NCBI RefSeq assembly: GCF_035084215.1
Contig: NC_090340.1
Location: forward strand, 3,534,001-3,598,000
Source of the DNA: Heptranchias perlo
Lineage: Eukaryota
Direction of reading: 5' to 3'
Length of the DNA: 64,000 bases
Part shown: in pieces, positions 26,601 to 39,635 of the stretch
Layout of the letters: every line of letters starts with the position of its first letter
How positions within the stretch are numbered: the first letter of the stretch is position 1
Program-made: the position numbers and the translations under genes
Notes under the pieces: generated by a model
Databases searched by the model: none
What the model was told of the DNA's origin: nothing
What the model saw: only the letters and a program-made list of their open reading frames with translations

Positions 26601-27265
26601 GGACAGGTAGATAAGGTGGCTAAAAAGGCATAGGGGATACTTTCCTTTATTAGCCAAGTCGTAGAATGTAATAGTAGGGAGTTTATGCTGGAGCTGTATA
26701 AAACATTGGCTAGGCCACAGCTTGAATATTATGTACAGTTCTGGTCACCACATTACAGGAAAGATGTGATTGCACTGGAAAGGCGACAGAGGAGCTTTAC
26801 GAGGATGTTGCCAGGGCTGGCGAATTTTAGCAATGGGAAAAGATTGGATAGGCTGGGATTGTTTTCTTTGGAACAAAGGAGGCTGAGGGGAGATTTAATT
26901 GAGGTATACAAAATTATGACGGGGCGAGATAGATTGGATAGGGAGGACCTATTTACCTTAGCAGAGTGGCAATCACCAAGGGGCATAGATTTAAAGTAAT
27001 TGGTAGAAGGATTAGAGGGGAGCTGAGGAGAATATTTTTCTTGGGGATATTTGGTGCTCTGGAAACTCACCGCCTGAAAGGGTGATAGAGGCAGAAACCC
27101 TCAATTTATTTAAAAATAACTTGGATGAGCACTTGAAGTGTCGTAACCTGTAAGGCTATGGACCAAGTGCTGGAAAGTGGGATTCAGCTGAATTGCTCTT
27201 TTTCAGCCTGCACGAACACGATGGACCGAATGGCCTCCTTCGGTGCCTTACTATGATTCTATGTT
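23680..27265 (+). mobile_element. CR1 nested in the previous element, itself split at about 24106-25960
   Basis: ...ELLKSILRDSI | RHLE*HRLIKDSQHGF continuity across the insert. Confidence 0.88.
24106..25960 (-). mobile_element. Innermost nested CR1
   Basis: ORFs 24042-25906 show KSPGP, FADDTK and the tail. Confidence 0.9.
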
Positions 27266-29416
27266 TCTACGATCCGGAGATTTTTATCCTCTCTAATTTA
27301 TTAATTTATTAGTTAATCAATTTCTTCCCCTTTTCTATCCTAAATGTCTGTATATCGTTTTTGATCTCTTCTTCTATTGTCATGCCCACCATGTTAGTTT
27401 TCCTGCCAAATACTGAGGCAAAGAAATTATTTAATATTTCTGCCATTTCTCTGTCATCACCTGTGAGTTTATCACGTGCAGCCTTTAGTGGCCCTTTCCC
27501 TATCCTGATTTTACTTTTGCTATTTATGTGCCTGTACAATACTTTACTATTTCTTTTAAAATTAACTTGGTAATTTAATTTTGTAGTTTCTATTTGCCTT
27601 CCTAATTCTTTTTTATACTTCTTTCCTAACCTTTTCATGTTCCCTTTTGTCATCCTCTCCTTTGTTGTCCATGTACTCAATGTATGCCTTTTTCTTTCGT
27701 TTCAATTTTGCCCTTATTTCTTTATTCATCCATGGTGTATCATTACTGGTTAATTTGAGCTTGCTTTTCAGTTGGGTTATATTTTTCCAGGGCTCCACTG
27801 ATCACCGTTTTAAATGTTTCAATACTGCTGTTCTGTTTGTTTCTTTCTTTATCAGTAAATTTTCCAGTTTATTTCCCCTCATTCTATTCTCATCTGCTGA
27901 ATATCATATTTTTTCCAATTTACTACTTTGCTTTTTGACTTACTTATGTCCTTCTCAATTTTAATCTGAAGCCTTATTTTGTTGTGATCGATTTTGCCTC
28001 GATGTACCACTAAACTTACTTCTCTTATCTGTTCACGTTCATTGGCCATTAGTCGTTCCAGCAGCGCTTCCTCTATTCTTGTGCTTTTTACATCCAGGGT
28101 AAGAAAAGAGTCCTGCACATATTATAATAACTTAATTCCTTGTACGCCTTTACCTACCTCTTCTTGGCAATTTTTTGGTGATAGTTAAGATCTCCCATTA
28201 TTATTATTGTTTGTCCTTTACTCGTTTCACATATTTGCTTGCATATTTCTTCCTCCATCTCCTTTTCACTATTACGTGGTCTGTAGTATACCCCTATTGG
28301 CGTGATCGGTCCATTATCTTTTGTTTCAATCCATATGGATTCTGTTTCTATCCTTCTATTAGTTATGTCCCCTTTTACTGCTGCTGTTCTGTTATCTCTA
28401 ATTAGTATAGCTACTCTATCTCCTACTTCCTTCCCTATCCTTACTGATTATGTTATAGCCTGCAATATTTAGTTGCCAGCCCTGTCCTTTATATCGCCAT
28501 GCTTCAGTTTTCCCTACTACATCTGGTTCCTGACTACGGATCATTGCCTCCAGTTCCTCCGTTTTATTTTGGACGCTATGTACATTGCTGTACATGCAGC
28601 TTAATTAATTTTTAATAATTCTTCATTTTACTATATTTTTAACAATACTTTTAAACTTCTGTTTTATAACTGTATTTTTACCTTGACCGTTCATGTCATC
28701 GTCATTCGTTGCCCTGCTCTGACCTTTACATTCATTTCCTGTTCCTCTTAACTTTAAGCTTTTGTTATTCCTACCAGAACCGCTCCGCCCCGCACCCCCC
28801 CCCCCCCCCCCACCGCCATCTCGCTAGTTTAAAGCCTTATTTATCCTTCCCGCTAGGTCTCTGGTCCCATTCCTGTTCAGATGCAGCCCGTCCCAATGGT
28901 ACAGCTCCTTCCTGTCCCAGTACTGGTGCCAGTGTCCCATGAAATGGGACACCTCTTTCCCATGCCAGTCTTTCAACGACGCATTCACCATTCTGACCTG
29001 CAAATCCCTCTGCCAAATCGCAAGTGGCTCGGGTGCTATACCTGAGATTACCACCCGTGAGGTCCTGCTTTTCAATTTAGTTCCAGTTCATTTTCAAATA
29101 ATTAAATTACTGATACCTGACCGATCACGATGATCTGTGGCCGGTTAGAGCAGAGCTTGGACAATTCTGTCATTGGGATTTCTATAATCTATTTCATCCG
29201 AAACTTCTTAAACAAGGCAAAGGGGACAGTCAGACAGGAACGCCGCTTTTTAATCCATGCTGGCCGTTAGTTATGAAATGTTAATAAACGGGTACCCGTC
29301 ACCATTCTCCTCAGAATAGTTGCAATTATTTTTCCTGTTATTGATGTTAGGCTAATAGACCTGTAGTTAGATATACAGGCACACAAATAAAACGGGTTCC
29401 GCATTGGTCACAAATA

Positions 29417-29584
29417 TTAATTGACTTTCCGTTCCGTGTAAATAACGTCTGATCTTTGGTTTTTCATCCGTAGCTGAGCGTATTCCGTGTTCTTATTCTT
29501 ATGAATAGGCTTTGCAGTCTTCTTGGAGCCAGTCATAACTAGTGAAGCATAGGTCAGCTTGTTCTCAGGTGCCCTTTGCTTGGT
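29417..29584 (-). pseudogene. Gene B exon 7, terminal tail exon with ITIM LTYASL and TEYAQL
   Basis: atttcacag| then TKQRAPENKLTYASLVMTGSKKTAKPIHKNKNTEYAQLRMKNQRSDVIYTERKVN-TAA. Confidence 0.85.
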
Positions 29585-29792
29585 CTGTGAAATCAATGGT
29601 TGGACATCTCATGAGTTCGATAATTTACCTGTATGTAGGTTAGTGTTAATCATTAGAATAGCCGGAACCTCGCAGAATCCGCGTTAAATACAAAAGATTA
29701 GCAAAGTTCTATTAACGCTAGTTCGTGCACTACCCCGCATGCCCGTTAATTACAGGTAACTCGTGTCTCTTTGATCGACTCCTCGGCCGTAC

Positions 29793-29899
29793 CTGGGCAT
29801 ATACTGTCCTCTATTCCTCAAATAATGCTTTGATCCTGGGCCTTTCCAGGAATTAGTCAAATTTACTGCAGCATAAGGCGCCATCAGAACTTCTGTTAC
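29793..29899 (-). pseudogene. Gene B exon 6, tail exon with APYAAV and, in a shifted frame, RTVYAQ
   Basis: ccatgcag| ... CAG|gtacgg; 107 bp, not a multiple of 3; TAG at 29811-29813 in the TVYAQ frame. Confidence 0.75.
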
Positions 29900-30431
29900 C
29901 TGCATGGAATAAAAGTCAAAAATATACCATTTTTATGCTGTGCGGTCAGGCGCAGAACGACGCGCGCAGGCCCAAAAATCGCGCGAAATTTCCAGGTCAA
30001 GAAAATTAAGAAAAGTAAGGGGTCAAAGTTCATTCCTGTAGTCCATTTATATGAATAGTCTGGTTGAAATAACCTGCAGCTGGCGAGGTTTATATACTTG
30101 AAGTTTCACTTTCGTTGCAGCAAAAAGTATCAAAACAATTTAGATACTTTCTAAAATTGAGGTTTATACATAAGAAGAATTGTGTTTTATAATTATACAG
30201 TGCATGGGATTGAATTAGAACAGGGACATTTGGAAAGGGGGTCTGAGGCTAACTTTCAGCAGACAGTTCACTTTCAACATACAGAAAAGTAAACATCATA
30301 CAGAATTCTGAAATCAATAATACGAACACGGAATACAAGAGGTTATTTTTAGCTATGATGTGAACACCTGGTCCACATTTAGAATCCTACCTTTAGATTT
30401 CAATTAATCCTAAATGTCACACGATCTACAG

Positions 30432-30492
30432 ATATATATATATATATATTTACTATGTTTATGTCAATTGATATATATATATATATATATAT
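30432..30492. repeat. Two (TA)n tracts
   Basis: Direct reading. Confidence 0.85.
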
Positions 30493-31129
30493 TTATGCAT
30501 ATTTAATATTTCTCTCTATTGCTTTATCCACCTCTCTCTGTCTCTGCATGATAGACTCTGATGACTCAAATGCGGAGATGAAGTAGGATCAGGGATACAA
30601 ATGGACAACAAACGTCGAAAAGATAGCGGGAAAACATTTTTACTGAGTCAGATATGTTTAACATAACTTTCTTGACGACTTGCAATTTTCTGGGACACTA
30701 GTCTGGATCGGAAATCACACGCAGTAGACGGCATATATTGGAAAATAACGAGTTATTGCACACACATTTCTGTCCATTGATTTCAATAAATGGAAAATGG
30801 CGTACAAATAACCCTCAATTTTCTGATAAGTGTTGCCGAGCTTGCTCGGACTCTCGGCTGTTGCGGCGAACCTGCAAATTGCGTACAAGAGTTGGAGGTA
30901 AAAACATCGGGATTGTTTCAATTTCAATTGGATACTATAATGGGAGAATGAGGCAATTAAACGAAATGTAAATTTCTCACCATGGGTCTCCGCGTGTTGT
31001 TAACATCGCAACAAATTCGGTTAACACACAGTAGAAAAATCAATTTCCGTACTCCGGTCACACGCGGGAAACGCAAATCGCTAAACTAGCACTGCTAGCC
31101 TGTGACTTTCTGACGTTTTCTAAAAAAAA

Positions 31130-34100
31130 ATAATTCTCGAGATGTGGGCATCGCTGGCAAGGCCAACATTTATTGCCCATCCCTGGTTGCACAAAAAAGG
31201 TGATGGTGGGCTTGATAGGACACTGCAGAGGTCAGTTAAGAGTTAGCCACACAGCTGTGGGACTGGAATCACATGTAAACTAGGAACATAGGAACATAGG
31301 AACAGCAGTCTGCCATTCAGCCCCTAGTCCCTGCCCTGCCATTTGACAAGATCATGGCTCATCTGTGATCTAGCTCCATATACCTGCCTTTGGCCCATAT
31401 CCCTCAATAACTTTGGTTGCCAAAAAGCTATCTATCTCATATTTAAATTTAGCAATTGAGCTAGTATCAATTGTTGTTTGCGGAAGAGAGTTCCAAACTT
31501 CTACCACCCTTTGTGTGCAGAAATATTTTCCAATCTCACTCCTGAAAGGTCTGGCTCTAATTTTTAGACTGTGCCCCCTACTCCTCGAATCCCCACCCAG
31601 CGGAAATAGTTTCTCTCTATCCACCCTATCCGTTCCCCTTAATATCATATAACCTTCGATCAGATCATCCCTTAACCTTATAAACTCCAGAGAATACAAC
31701 CCCAATTTGTGCAATCTCTCCTCGTAACTTAATGTTTGAAGTCCGGGTATCATTCTAGTAAACCTACGCTGCACTCCCTCCAAGGCCAATATGTCCTTCC
31801 GAAGGCGCGGTGACCAGAACTGCTCACAGTACTCCAGGTGCGGTCTAACCCGGGTTTTTTTTATAGCTGAAGCATAACTTCTGCCCCCTTGTACTCCAGT
31901 CCTCTCGATATAAAGGCCCGCATTCCATTAGCCTTATTGATTATTTTCTGCACCTGTTCATAACACTTCAATGATCTATGTACCTGAACCCATAAGTCCC
32001 TTTGGAGATCCACTATTTTTAACTTTTTACCATTTAGAAAGTACCCTGTTCTATCCTTTTTTGTTCCAAAGTTGATGACCACACATTTGTTTACATTGAA
32101 TTCCATTTGCCACAGTTTTGCCCATTCACCTAATCTATCAATATCCCGTTGTAATGTTATGTTTTCATCTACACTGCTCATATTGCCACCAATCTTTGTG
32201 TCATCGGCAAACTTAGATATGAGACTTTCTAAGAGTCTTCATCTAAGTCGTTGATAAATATTGTGAATAATTTAGGCCCCAAAACAGATCCCTGCTAGCC
32301 TCCACTAGTCACATCCTGCCAGTGTCAAAACGTACCCATTATCCCTACACTCTGTCGCCCTTTGCTCAGCCAACTTCCTAACCAAGTCCACACTTTTCCC
32401 TCGATTCCATGACCTTCTAACTTAGCTAACATTCTCTTTTGTGGGACCTTATCAAATGCCTTCTGGAAGTCAATATAAATAACATCCATTGACATTCCCC
32501 TGTCCAATACTTTAGTCACCTCTTCAAAAAATCCAATAAGATTTGTCAGGCAAGACCTACCTTCACAAATCCATGCTGGCTCTCCCTGATCAACTGAAAA
32601 TTCTCGAGGTGTTTAGTCACCCTATCCTTAATTGTAGACTCCATCATATTCCACAGAACACATGTTAGGCTTACTGGTCTATAATTCCCCGGTTTCCGTC
32701 TCTCTCCTTTTTTAAAAAGCGGAGTGACATGTGCAATTTTCCAATCTAGAGGGACAGTTCCTGAATCTAGAGAACTTTGAAAGATTATAGTTAGGGCATC
32801 TGCAATCTGCTCACATACTTCCTTTAAAACCCTGGAATGGACACAATCTGGTCCTGGGGATTTGTCAATCTTCAGTGCTATTATTTTCTTTATTACTGTT
32901 GCTTTACTTATGGTAATTTTATTGATTCCCTGTCCCCGATTCAATATTAGTTTTCTTGGGATTTTCGGCATGCTATCCTCTTTTTTCTACTGTAAATACT
33001 GACGCAAAGTAATTATTCAACATGTCCACCATTTCCCCATTGTCAATGACAATATCCCCACTTTCAGTTTTTAAGGGGCCAACAATGCTCCTGACCACCC
33101 TCTTTTTCCTAATATAACTATAAATGTTGTTTGTATTGGTTTTGATATCCCTTGCAAGTTTATTTTTATACTCTCCTTTTGTAGCTCTTACTATCTGTTT
33201 TGTGACCCTTTGTTGATCTTTCTATCTTTCCCAATCGCCAGGATCTGTGCCATGTTTTGCCTTTTTGTATACCCTTTCCTTACGTCTTATACTGTCCCTT
33301 ACCTCTTTAGTTGTCCATGGCTTTTTTTTTGGCAAGTAGAGTTATTGCCCGTCAGTGGTATAAACCGGCTCTGTATCTCGTTAAATGTTTCTTTAAACAT
33401 TTCCCACTGATCATCAGTCATTTTGCCCATTAACAGATTGGCCCAGTTTACTCTGGACAGTCTCTGTCTCGTCCCATTGAAGTCGGCCTTACCAAAGTCT
33501 AGAATCTTAGCAGCTGATTCACTTTTTTCCCTTTCAAACATTACATTGAAGTCGATCATGTCATGATCGTTATTGGATAGATATTCACGCACAGTTAAAC
33601 TGTAAGCTAAGTCTGGTTCATTACTCATTGCTAAATGTAGTATGGCTTGCCCCCTTGTTGCCTCTAGGACATACGGCTGTAGAAATCTATTCCGGACACA
33701 CTCAAGAAATTCACTACCTTTCTGAAAGTTGCTAGTCTGCTTTCCCCAATCTATGTGAAGGTTAAAGTCTCCCATTAATACCACTATGCCTTTCTTACAC
33801 GCTTATCTAATCTCTGCATTCATACAATCTAGCACTTCCGAGCTGCTGCCAGGGGTCTTATGCACAACTCCCACTATAGTCTTAGATCCTTTCCTATTTC
33901 TCAATTCAATCCATAAGGTCTCTGTTGGCTGCTTATCTCTCGTTCTATCCTCCTTTATCAATGAATTGATTTCATCTCGAATCATTAAGGCTACTCCTCC
34001 ACCTCTTCCATTTTCTCTATCTCTCATGTAGACCTTATAACCCGGTTTATTTAGTTCCCAATCCTGACCATCCTGCAGCCTTCCCTTAGTAATAGCTATC

Positions 34101-34610
34101 ATGTTATACCCTTCAATTTGATTTTGAACCTATAGTTCATTTAATTTATTCCTTATACTCCGTGCATTTGTATATAGAGCTCTTAGTTGGGCCACACACC
34201 CTAGCCTGACCTTCAGCTTTGATGCTCGGGTAATCGCCTTACGCCTTCTAGTTTTCACTTCATCTGTAGTGTCTAACTACACTTTCTTTCTGTTGCTCTA
34301 CGCTTTTCCCTTTCAATTGTTCTTGAACAACTGTTTCTACTATTTGTTTTGTAAATTTTCCCTGGGTCTTCCCTCTCTTGCTGCTCTCAACTTTACTCCC
34401 TTCTGACTCACCGCTAAGGTTCGAGTAAGGACGGCAACTTCCTTCCCTGAAGGACATTCGTGAACCAATGGGATTTAACGCTATCGAACAGCTTCATGGT
34501 CACTTTTACTGATACCAACTTTTTATTTCCAGATTTTTAGAAACTGAATTCTAATTCTCAAACTGCCCTGGTGGAATTTGAACACACGTTTTGTAGATTT
34601 ACTCCAGAGC
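31130..34610 (-). mobile_element. SINE split by a CR1 insertion (pieces at about 31130-31280 and 34420-34610)
   Basis: tRNA-like B box near 34570-34585; its tail (gggcaataaatg...gatgcccacatc) is shared with the LINE end at 63315-63360. Confidence 0.6.
31281..34420 (-). mobile_element. CR1 with nearly complete decayed ORF2 (endonuclease + RT)
   Basis: GRGGGVAL, MGDFN, KSPGPD, FQKAFDKVP, WNSLP; atgttcct tail. Confidence 0.95.
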
Positions 34611-34991
34611 TAATTAATGGGGATAACATTATGAACTGCGGTAGCAGCATTTTTCAACAAACGTGTCAGTTGTTTCCAGGAGGCAAAAGCAGATTTTTTT
34701 TATTATTCGCCATAGCTGATGGTAAGTTTTAAGCGATATGTTGTTTTACAATCCATAGGTGACTGTTCTATATCGGCTGCCACTGACCTACTGATACAGA
34801 CATTAAAAAATCTAGTGTTTCCTTGTATGTGTGTGTGTGTGTTGCGTCAGTGCTGATACTCTGCACTAGTTTTGTGAGAATCTTTACAGTGTTAGACTAA
34901 AACGGGGCAAATTATTGCATTAAATAGATTACAACTCTCTTATCTAAATATTTATAAAATAAATATATTAGGATGAATTGTGGAAACTTAC

Positions 34992-35035
34992 CGGCTGTTC
35001 GCGATGGCCTGATCTTTCAGCATCGTTCTGAGGTC
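34992..35035 (-). pseudogene. Gene B exon 5, 44-bp cytoplasmic exon (GPQNDAERSGHREQP)
   Basis: cattaccag| ... CCG|gtaagt; length and phases identical to gene A exon 5. Confidence 0.8.
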
Positions 35036-35181
35036 CTGGTAATGAATGAAGTTCAAGATTTTACATTGGAGCATTTTAACAACGTAGAAGGACACTTCCG
35101 TGTAGACTCAATGTAAAGTATAAAATGATCTTGATATCACATTTTACGGAATTGCTTGGATTCTGAACTGTGTTTGGCAAT

Positions 35182-35448
35182 AGACAGTTTCCTAGAAGTA
35201 AAGGGAATTAGGGGTTATGGGGAGCGGGCAGGAAATTGGACATGAAGCTGAGTTCGGATCGGTCAATGCCCTGTGGGTGGCGGAGAGGGCCCAGGGGCTA
35301 TGTGGCCGGGTCCTGCTCCGACTTTTTGTGTTCTTTAGATTTGTGGTTGGGATCAGATCAGCCATGATCTTATTGAATGGCGGAGCAGGCTCGAGGGGCC
35401 GATTGGCCTACTCCTGCTCCAATTTCTTATGTTCTTATGTTCTTATGT
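35182..35448 (+). mobile_element. Short CR1 3' UTR copy, same subfamily as 5722-7076
   Basis: Closely matches 6828-7076. Confidence 0.9.
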
Positions 35449-36429
35449 AATAGGGCTGGCATTGTTCAGCTGACCACGGGACATTGCGTGCAGCAGGAGG
35501 CTGATTGGAAACTCGCTGGATCACTACCCGCAATTCCATGTTCACTGTCCTGAATGGGACAGAAAATCGCACGCAATGTAAGGTGATTTTATAAAAAAGC
35601 TCCCGCTGAATGCCAGCCTCCAACGGCGGTTGTGGGACCTTGGGAAATTACGCCCCATTTTACACAACACTTTCGAAATCCGAATCTACCGCTACACCGG
35701 TAGTGCTGAAATTTTATTCAAAATATTAGTTGTTGCAATTAGTATAAATATAGCAGACTGGAATGACTCTCAAGTATCCCTCATATTTTAAACCCAAGGT
35801 CAAGCTGTTATATTCAACAATCGATCCAGTACCTGTGACACAATGTAAATGTACTTTCAACCGTTCAGTTACAATTTACTAACTTTTTCTCTCGATGTAT
35901 CATGGTATCATAGCAGGTACAGCATAGGAGGATGCCTTTCGGCCCATCCTGCCTGTGCCGGCTCTTTGAAAGAGCTATCCAATTACTCCCATTCCCCTGC
36001 ACCATAACCCTATATACTTATCTATTCAAGGATTTTTCTAATTCCCTTTTGACAGATATTATTGAATCTGCTTCCACCACTCTTTCGTTGCACATAATTA
36101 CAACTCGCCGTGTAAAATAATGTCTCCACATGTCGCCTATTGCTCTTTTGCCATCACCTTAAATCTGTGTCCTTTGGTAACCGACCCTTCTGCCACTGGA
36201 AACAGATTCTCCTTATTAATTCTGTCAAAATTGTTTATTATCTTGAACGCATCTATCCAATCTCCTAGTAACCTTCTCTGTTGTAAGGAGAACAATCCCA
36301 GCTTCGCCAGTCCCCCTACATAACTGAAGTCCCTCATCCCTGGAACCATTCTAGTAAATCTCTTCTGCACTCTCCCTAAGGCCTGACCTCCTTCCTAAAG
36401 TGCGGTGCCCATAATTGAACACAATTCTC

Positions 36430-37028
36430 CAGCTGAGGCCATAAAAGTGTTTTATGCCTTTGTTACCTCTAGACTTGACAATTCCAATGTTCCACTGGCC
36501 GTGCTCCCATCTTTCACCCTCCATAAATTTGAGCATATCCAAACCTCTGCTGCTCGTATCCTAAGTCGCAACAAGTTCCGTTCACCCATCGCCCCTACAT
36601 TGGCTCCCGGTCTGAGAAAGCCTCGAAATTAAAATTCTCATCCTTGTTTTCAAATCCCTCCATGGCTTCGCCCATCCCTAACTCTGTAACCACCTCCAGC
36701 CCCATAAAGCTTTGAGATCACTGTGCTCCTCCAATTCTTGCCTCTTGCGCATCCCAGATTTTAATTGCTCCAACATTGGCGACCGTGCCTTCAGCTGCTT
36801 AGGCCCTAAACTCTGGAATTCCATCCCTAAACCTCTCCGACTGTTATCCTTTCTATCCTCCTTTATGCCGCTCCTTAAAACCTACCTCTTTGATCAAGCT
36901 TTTGGTTACTGTTCTAATATCCGCTTATGTGACTCGGTGTCAAATGTTGTTTGATATTCGCGCCGATGAAGCGCCTTGGGACATTTTACGACATGAAAGG
37001 CGCTATATAAATGCAAGTTGTTGTTGCT
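36430..37028 (+). mobile_element. L2 LINE 3' end
   Basis: AFVTSRLDNSN...QTSAARIL...GDRAFSCLGPKLWNSIP; tail ggcgctatataaatgcaagttgttgttg. Confidence 0.88.
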
Positions 37029-38774
37029 TAGCATGAGGTCCTTGCTTTTGTACTCGATGCCTCTATTAATAAAGCCCAGGATCCCATATGTTTTTTTAAC
37101 AGCCTGGTCAAGTTGTCCTACCACCTTCAAAGCTTTGTGCATAATATGCAACACCAGGTCTCTCTTTTCTTGCACCCCTTCAAAATTGGGCTCTTTTGTT
37201 TCGATTGCCTTTCCTCATTCTTCCTACCAAAATGCATGACTTCACACTTCAATGTGTTAAATGTCATCAGCCATGTGTCTGCCCAGTCTCTCTATGTCTT
37301 CCTGAAGTCTGTTACTATCGTCCACATTTTTTGCTACATTTCCGAGTTTTGTGCCATCTGCAAACTTTGTAGGTATATCCAGTATACCCAAGTCCAGTTC
37401 ATTAATATATATCAGAGGGAGCAGTAGTCCTAACACTGACCCTTGGGGCACACCACTGTATACTTTCCTCCAGCCTGAAAAACAACCATTCACGAAATGC
37501 TCTCTGCTTTATGTCCCCTGGCCAATTTTGCATCCACGCTGCCACCGTCCCTTGAATCCTATGGGTTTTAATTTTGCTAACAAGTCTATTATGTGGTATT
37601 TTATCAAATGCCTTTTGAAAGTTCATATACACAACATCAACCGCACTTCACTCATTAACCCCTTCCGTTACTTCATCAAAGAACTCAATCAAGTTAGTTA
37701 AACACGATTTTCCTTCAACAAATCCGTGTTGACTTTCTTTTATTAACCCATACTTTTCCAAGTGCCAATTATTGTCTCGAAAAGCTTCCCCACCACCGAC
37801 GTTAAGCTGACTAATTGCCAGCTTTATCCATCTCCCTTTTTTGTGCAGTGGTGTCAGATCTGCAATCCTCCAGTCCCCCAGCACCGCCCAATATCTAAGG
37901 TTGATTGTAATATTGTGGCCAGAGCCTCCACAATTTCCCCCTTGCTTCCCTCAGTAACCTAGGATGCATCACATCTGGACCAGATGACTTTTCGAATTTG
38001 AGTAGTGCAAATCTTTTAAGTACCTCCTCATTATCTATTCTTATCCTACGCAATATCACTACCACCTCCCCCTTTACTGCTACAATGGCAGCATCGTCTT
38101 CTCTCGTGAAGACAGATGTGAATTATTCATTTAGCACCTCAGCTATGCCCTCTGCCTCCAAAAGAAGATGTACATTTTTTCCCTAATCGGTCCCATCCTT
38201 CCTTTGACTGCCCCTTTACTGTTTATATGTTGAGAAAAGACCCTTGGGTTCCCTTTTATCTTGGCCACTAATCTATTCGCATAATCTATCTTTGTCCCTC
38301 ATATTCCTTTCTTTTAGATCTCCTCCATACGTTCTGTGTTGAGCCTTGTTCTCCATTGTAGTATGAATGTTACATTCGTCATAAGCCTCATTTTCCTGTT
38401 TCATTTTAATCTCTATATCTTTATTCCTCCAGGGAGTTCAAACTTTGGATGCCCTTCCTTACCCCCTCGTGGGGATGTGTCTATTATGTATCCGAACCAA
38501 ATCCTCCTTGAATGCCTCCCATTGTTCAATTACTGTTTTGTCTACCAATTGTTGATTCCAATCCACCTGGGCATGATCTCTTTTTAACTCACTGAAATGT
38601 GCCCTCCTCCAGTTAAGCATTTGCATATTTGATTATTCCTTCTCCTTTTCCATCTTCTAAACCTAACGATATTATGATCACTATTCCCCAAATGCTCTCC
38701 CACTGAAACATGCTCCACCTGCCCCACTTCATTCTCCAGAACTTGATTCAGCAGTGTTTCCCCTTCCTTTCATT

Positions 38775-39635
38775 TGGCATGGCCCTCGACAGTGTCCGTC
38801 CCATTTCCTGCACTTCCTCACTCGTCCCGCTTCTTCCCAGAACCATGATAGAGTCCACCTTGTCCTCACCTTCCACCCCACCAGCCTCCACATTCAACGT
38901 ATCAACCTCCGCCATTTTCGCCACCTCCACCGCAATGCCACCACCAAACACATCCTCCCCTCCGCTCTGCTTTCAGGAGTCCATAGGGAACGCTCCCTCC
39001 GAGACACCCTGGTCCACTCTTCCATCACCCCCAACATCAGCTTTCCTCCCCATTGCACCTTCCCGTGCGAGTACTGGAGATGCAACACGTGCCCTTTCAC
39101 CTCATCCCTACCCACTGTTCAGGGCCCCAAACATTCCTTCTAGATGAAAAACAGATTTACTTGTACTTCATTCAATTTAGATACTGAATTCACAGCTCCC
39201 AATGCGTATCCTCTAAACTGGGGAGACCAAACGCAGTTTGATTGATCGCTTTGCTGAACAGCAACGCTCAGTCCGCAAGATTGACCCTGACTTGCTGGTC
39301 GTTTGTCATTTTAATTCCACCTCCCATTTCCACTCTGACCTCTCTGATCGCCACCTCTTATATTGTTCCAATGAAGGTCAATGGAAGCTCGAGGAGCAGC
39401 ACCTCATCCTTCGATTCGGCACTTTACAACCTTCCGGACTCAACATTAATTTCAATAACTTCAGATCTTAACCACTGCTCCCATTTTTTTCGGAGACCTT
39501 TCCCTGTCTCTGTACTTAGTTAAAAACTGTTTAATCTGTAACTTGTACCAGTTCTGATGAAGTGCTATCGAACTCTCTTTCTCCACAAATGCAGCCTGAC
39601 TTGCTGAGTATTTCCAGCGTCTTCTGCTTTTGTTA
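38775..39635 (+). mobile_element. Penelope-like element, GIY-YIG endonuclease region
   Basis: LVLTFHPTSL...RSLRDTLVHS...RCNTCP...GETKRSLIDRFAEQ...CHFN...TLQPSGLN. Confidence 0.85.

Larger units (their letters stand above)
22335..29075 (-). mobile_element. Long CR1 LINE (ORF1 esterase, endonuclease, RT), split into about 22335-23670 and 27270-29075
   Basis: ORF1 HWHQYWDRKELYHWDGLHLN at 28824-29075; ORF2 is collinear across the gap at the KSPGPD region. Confidence 0.8.
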
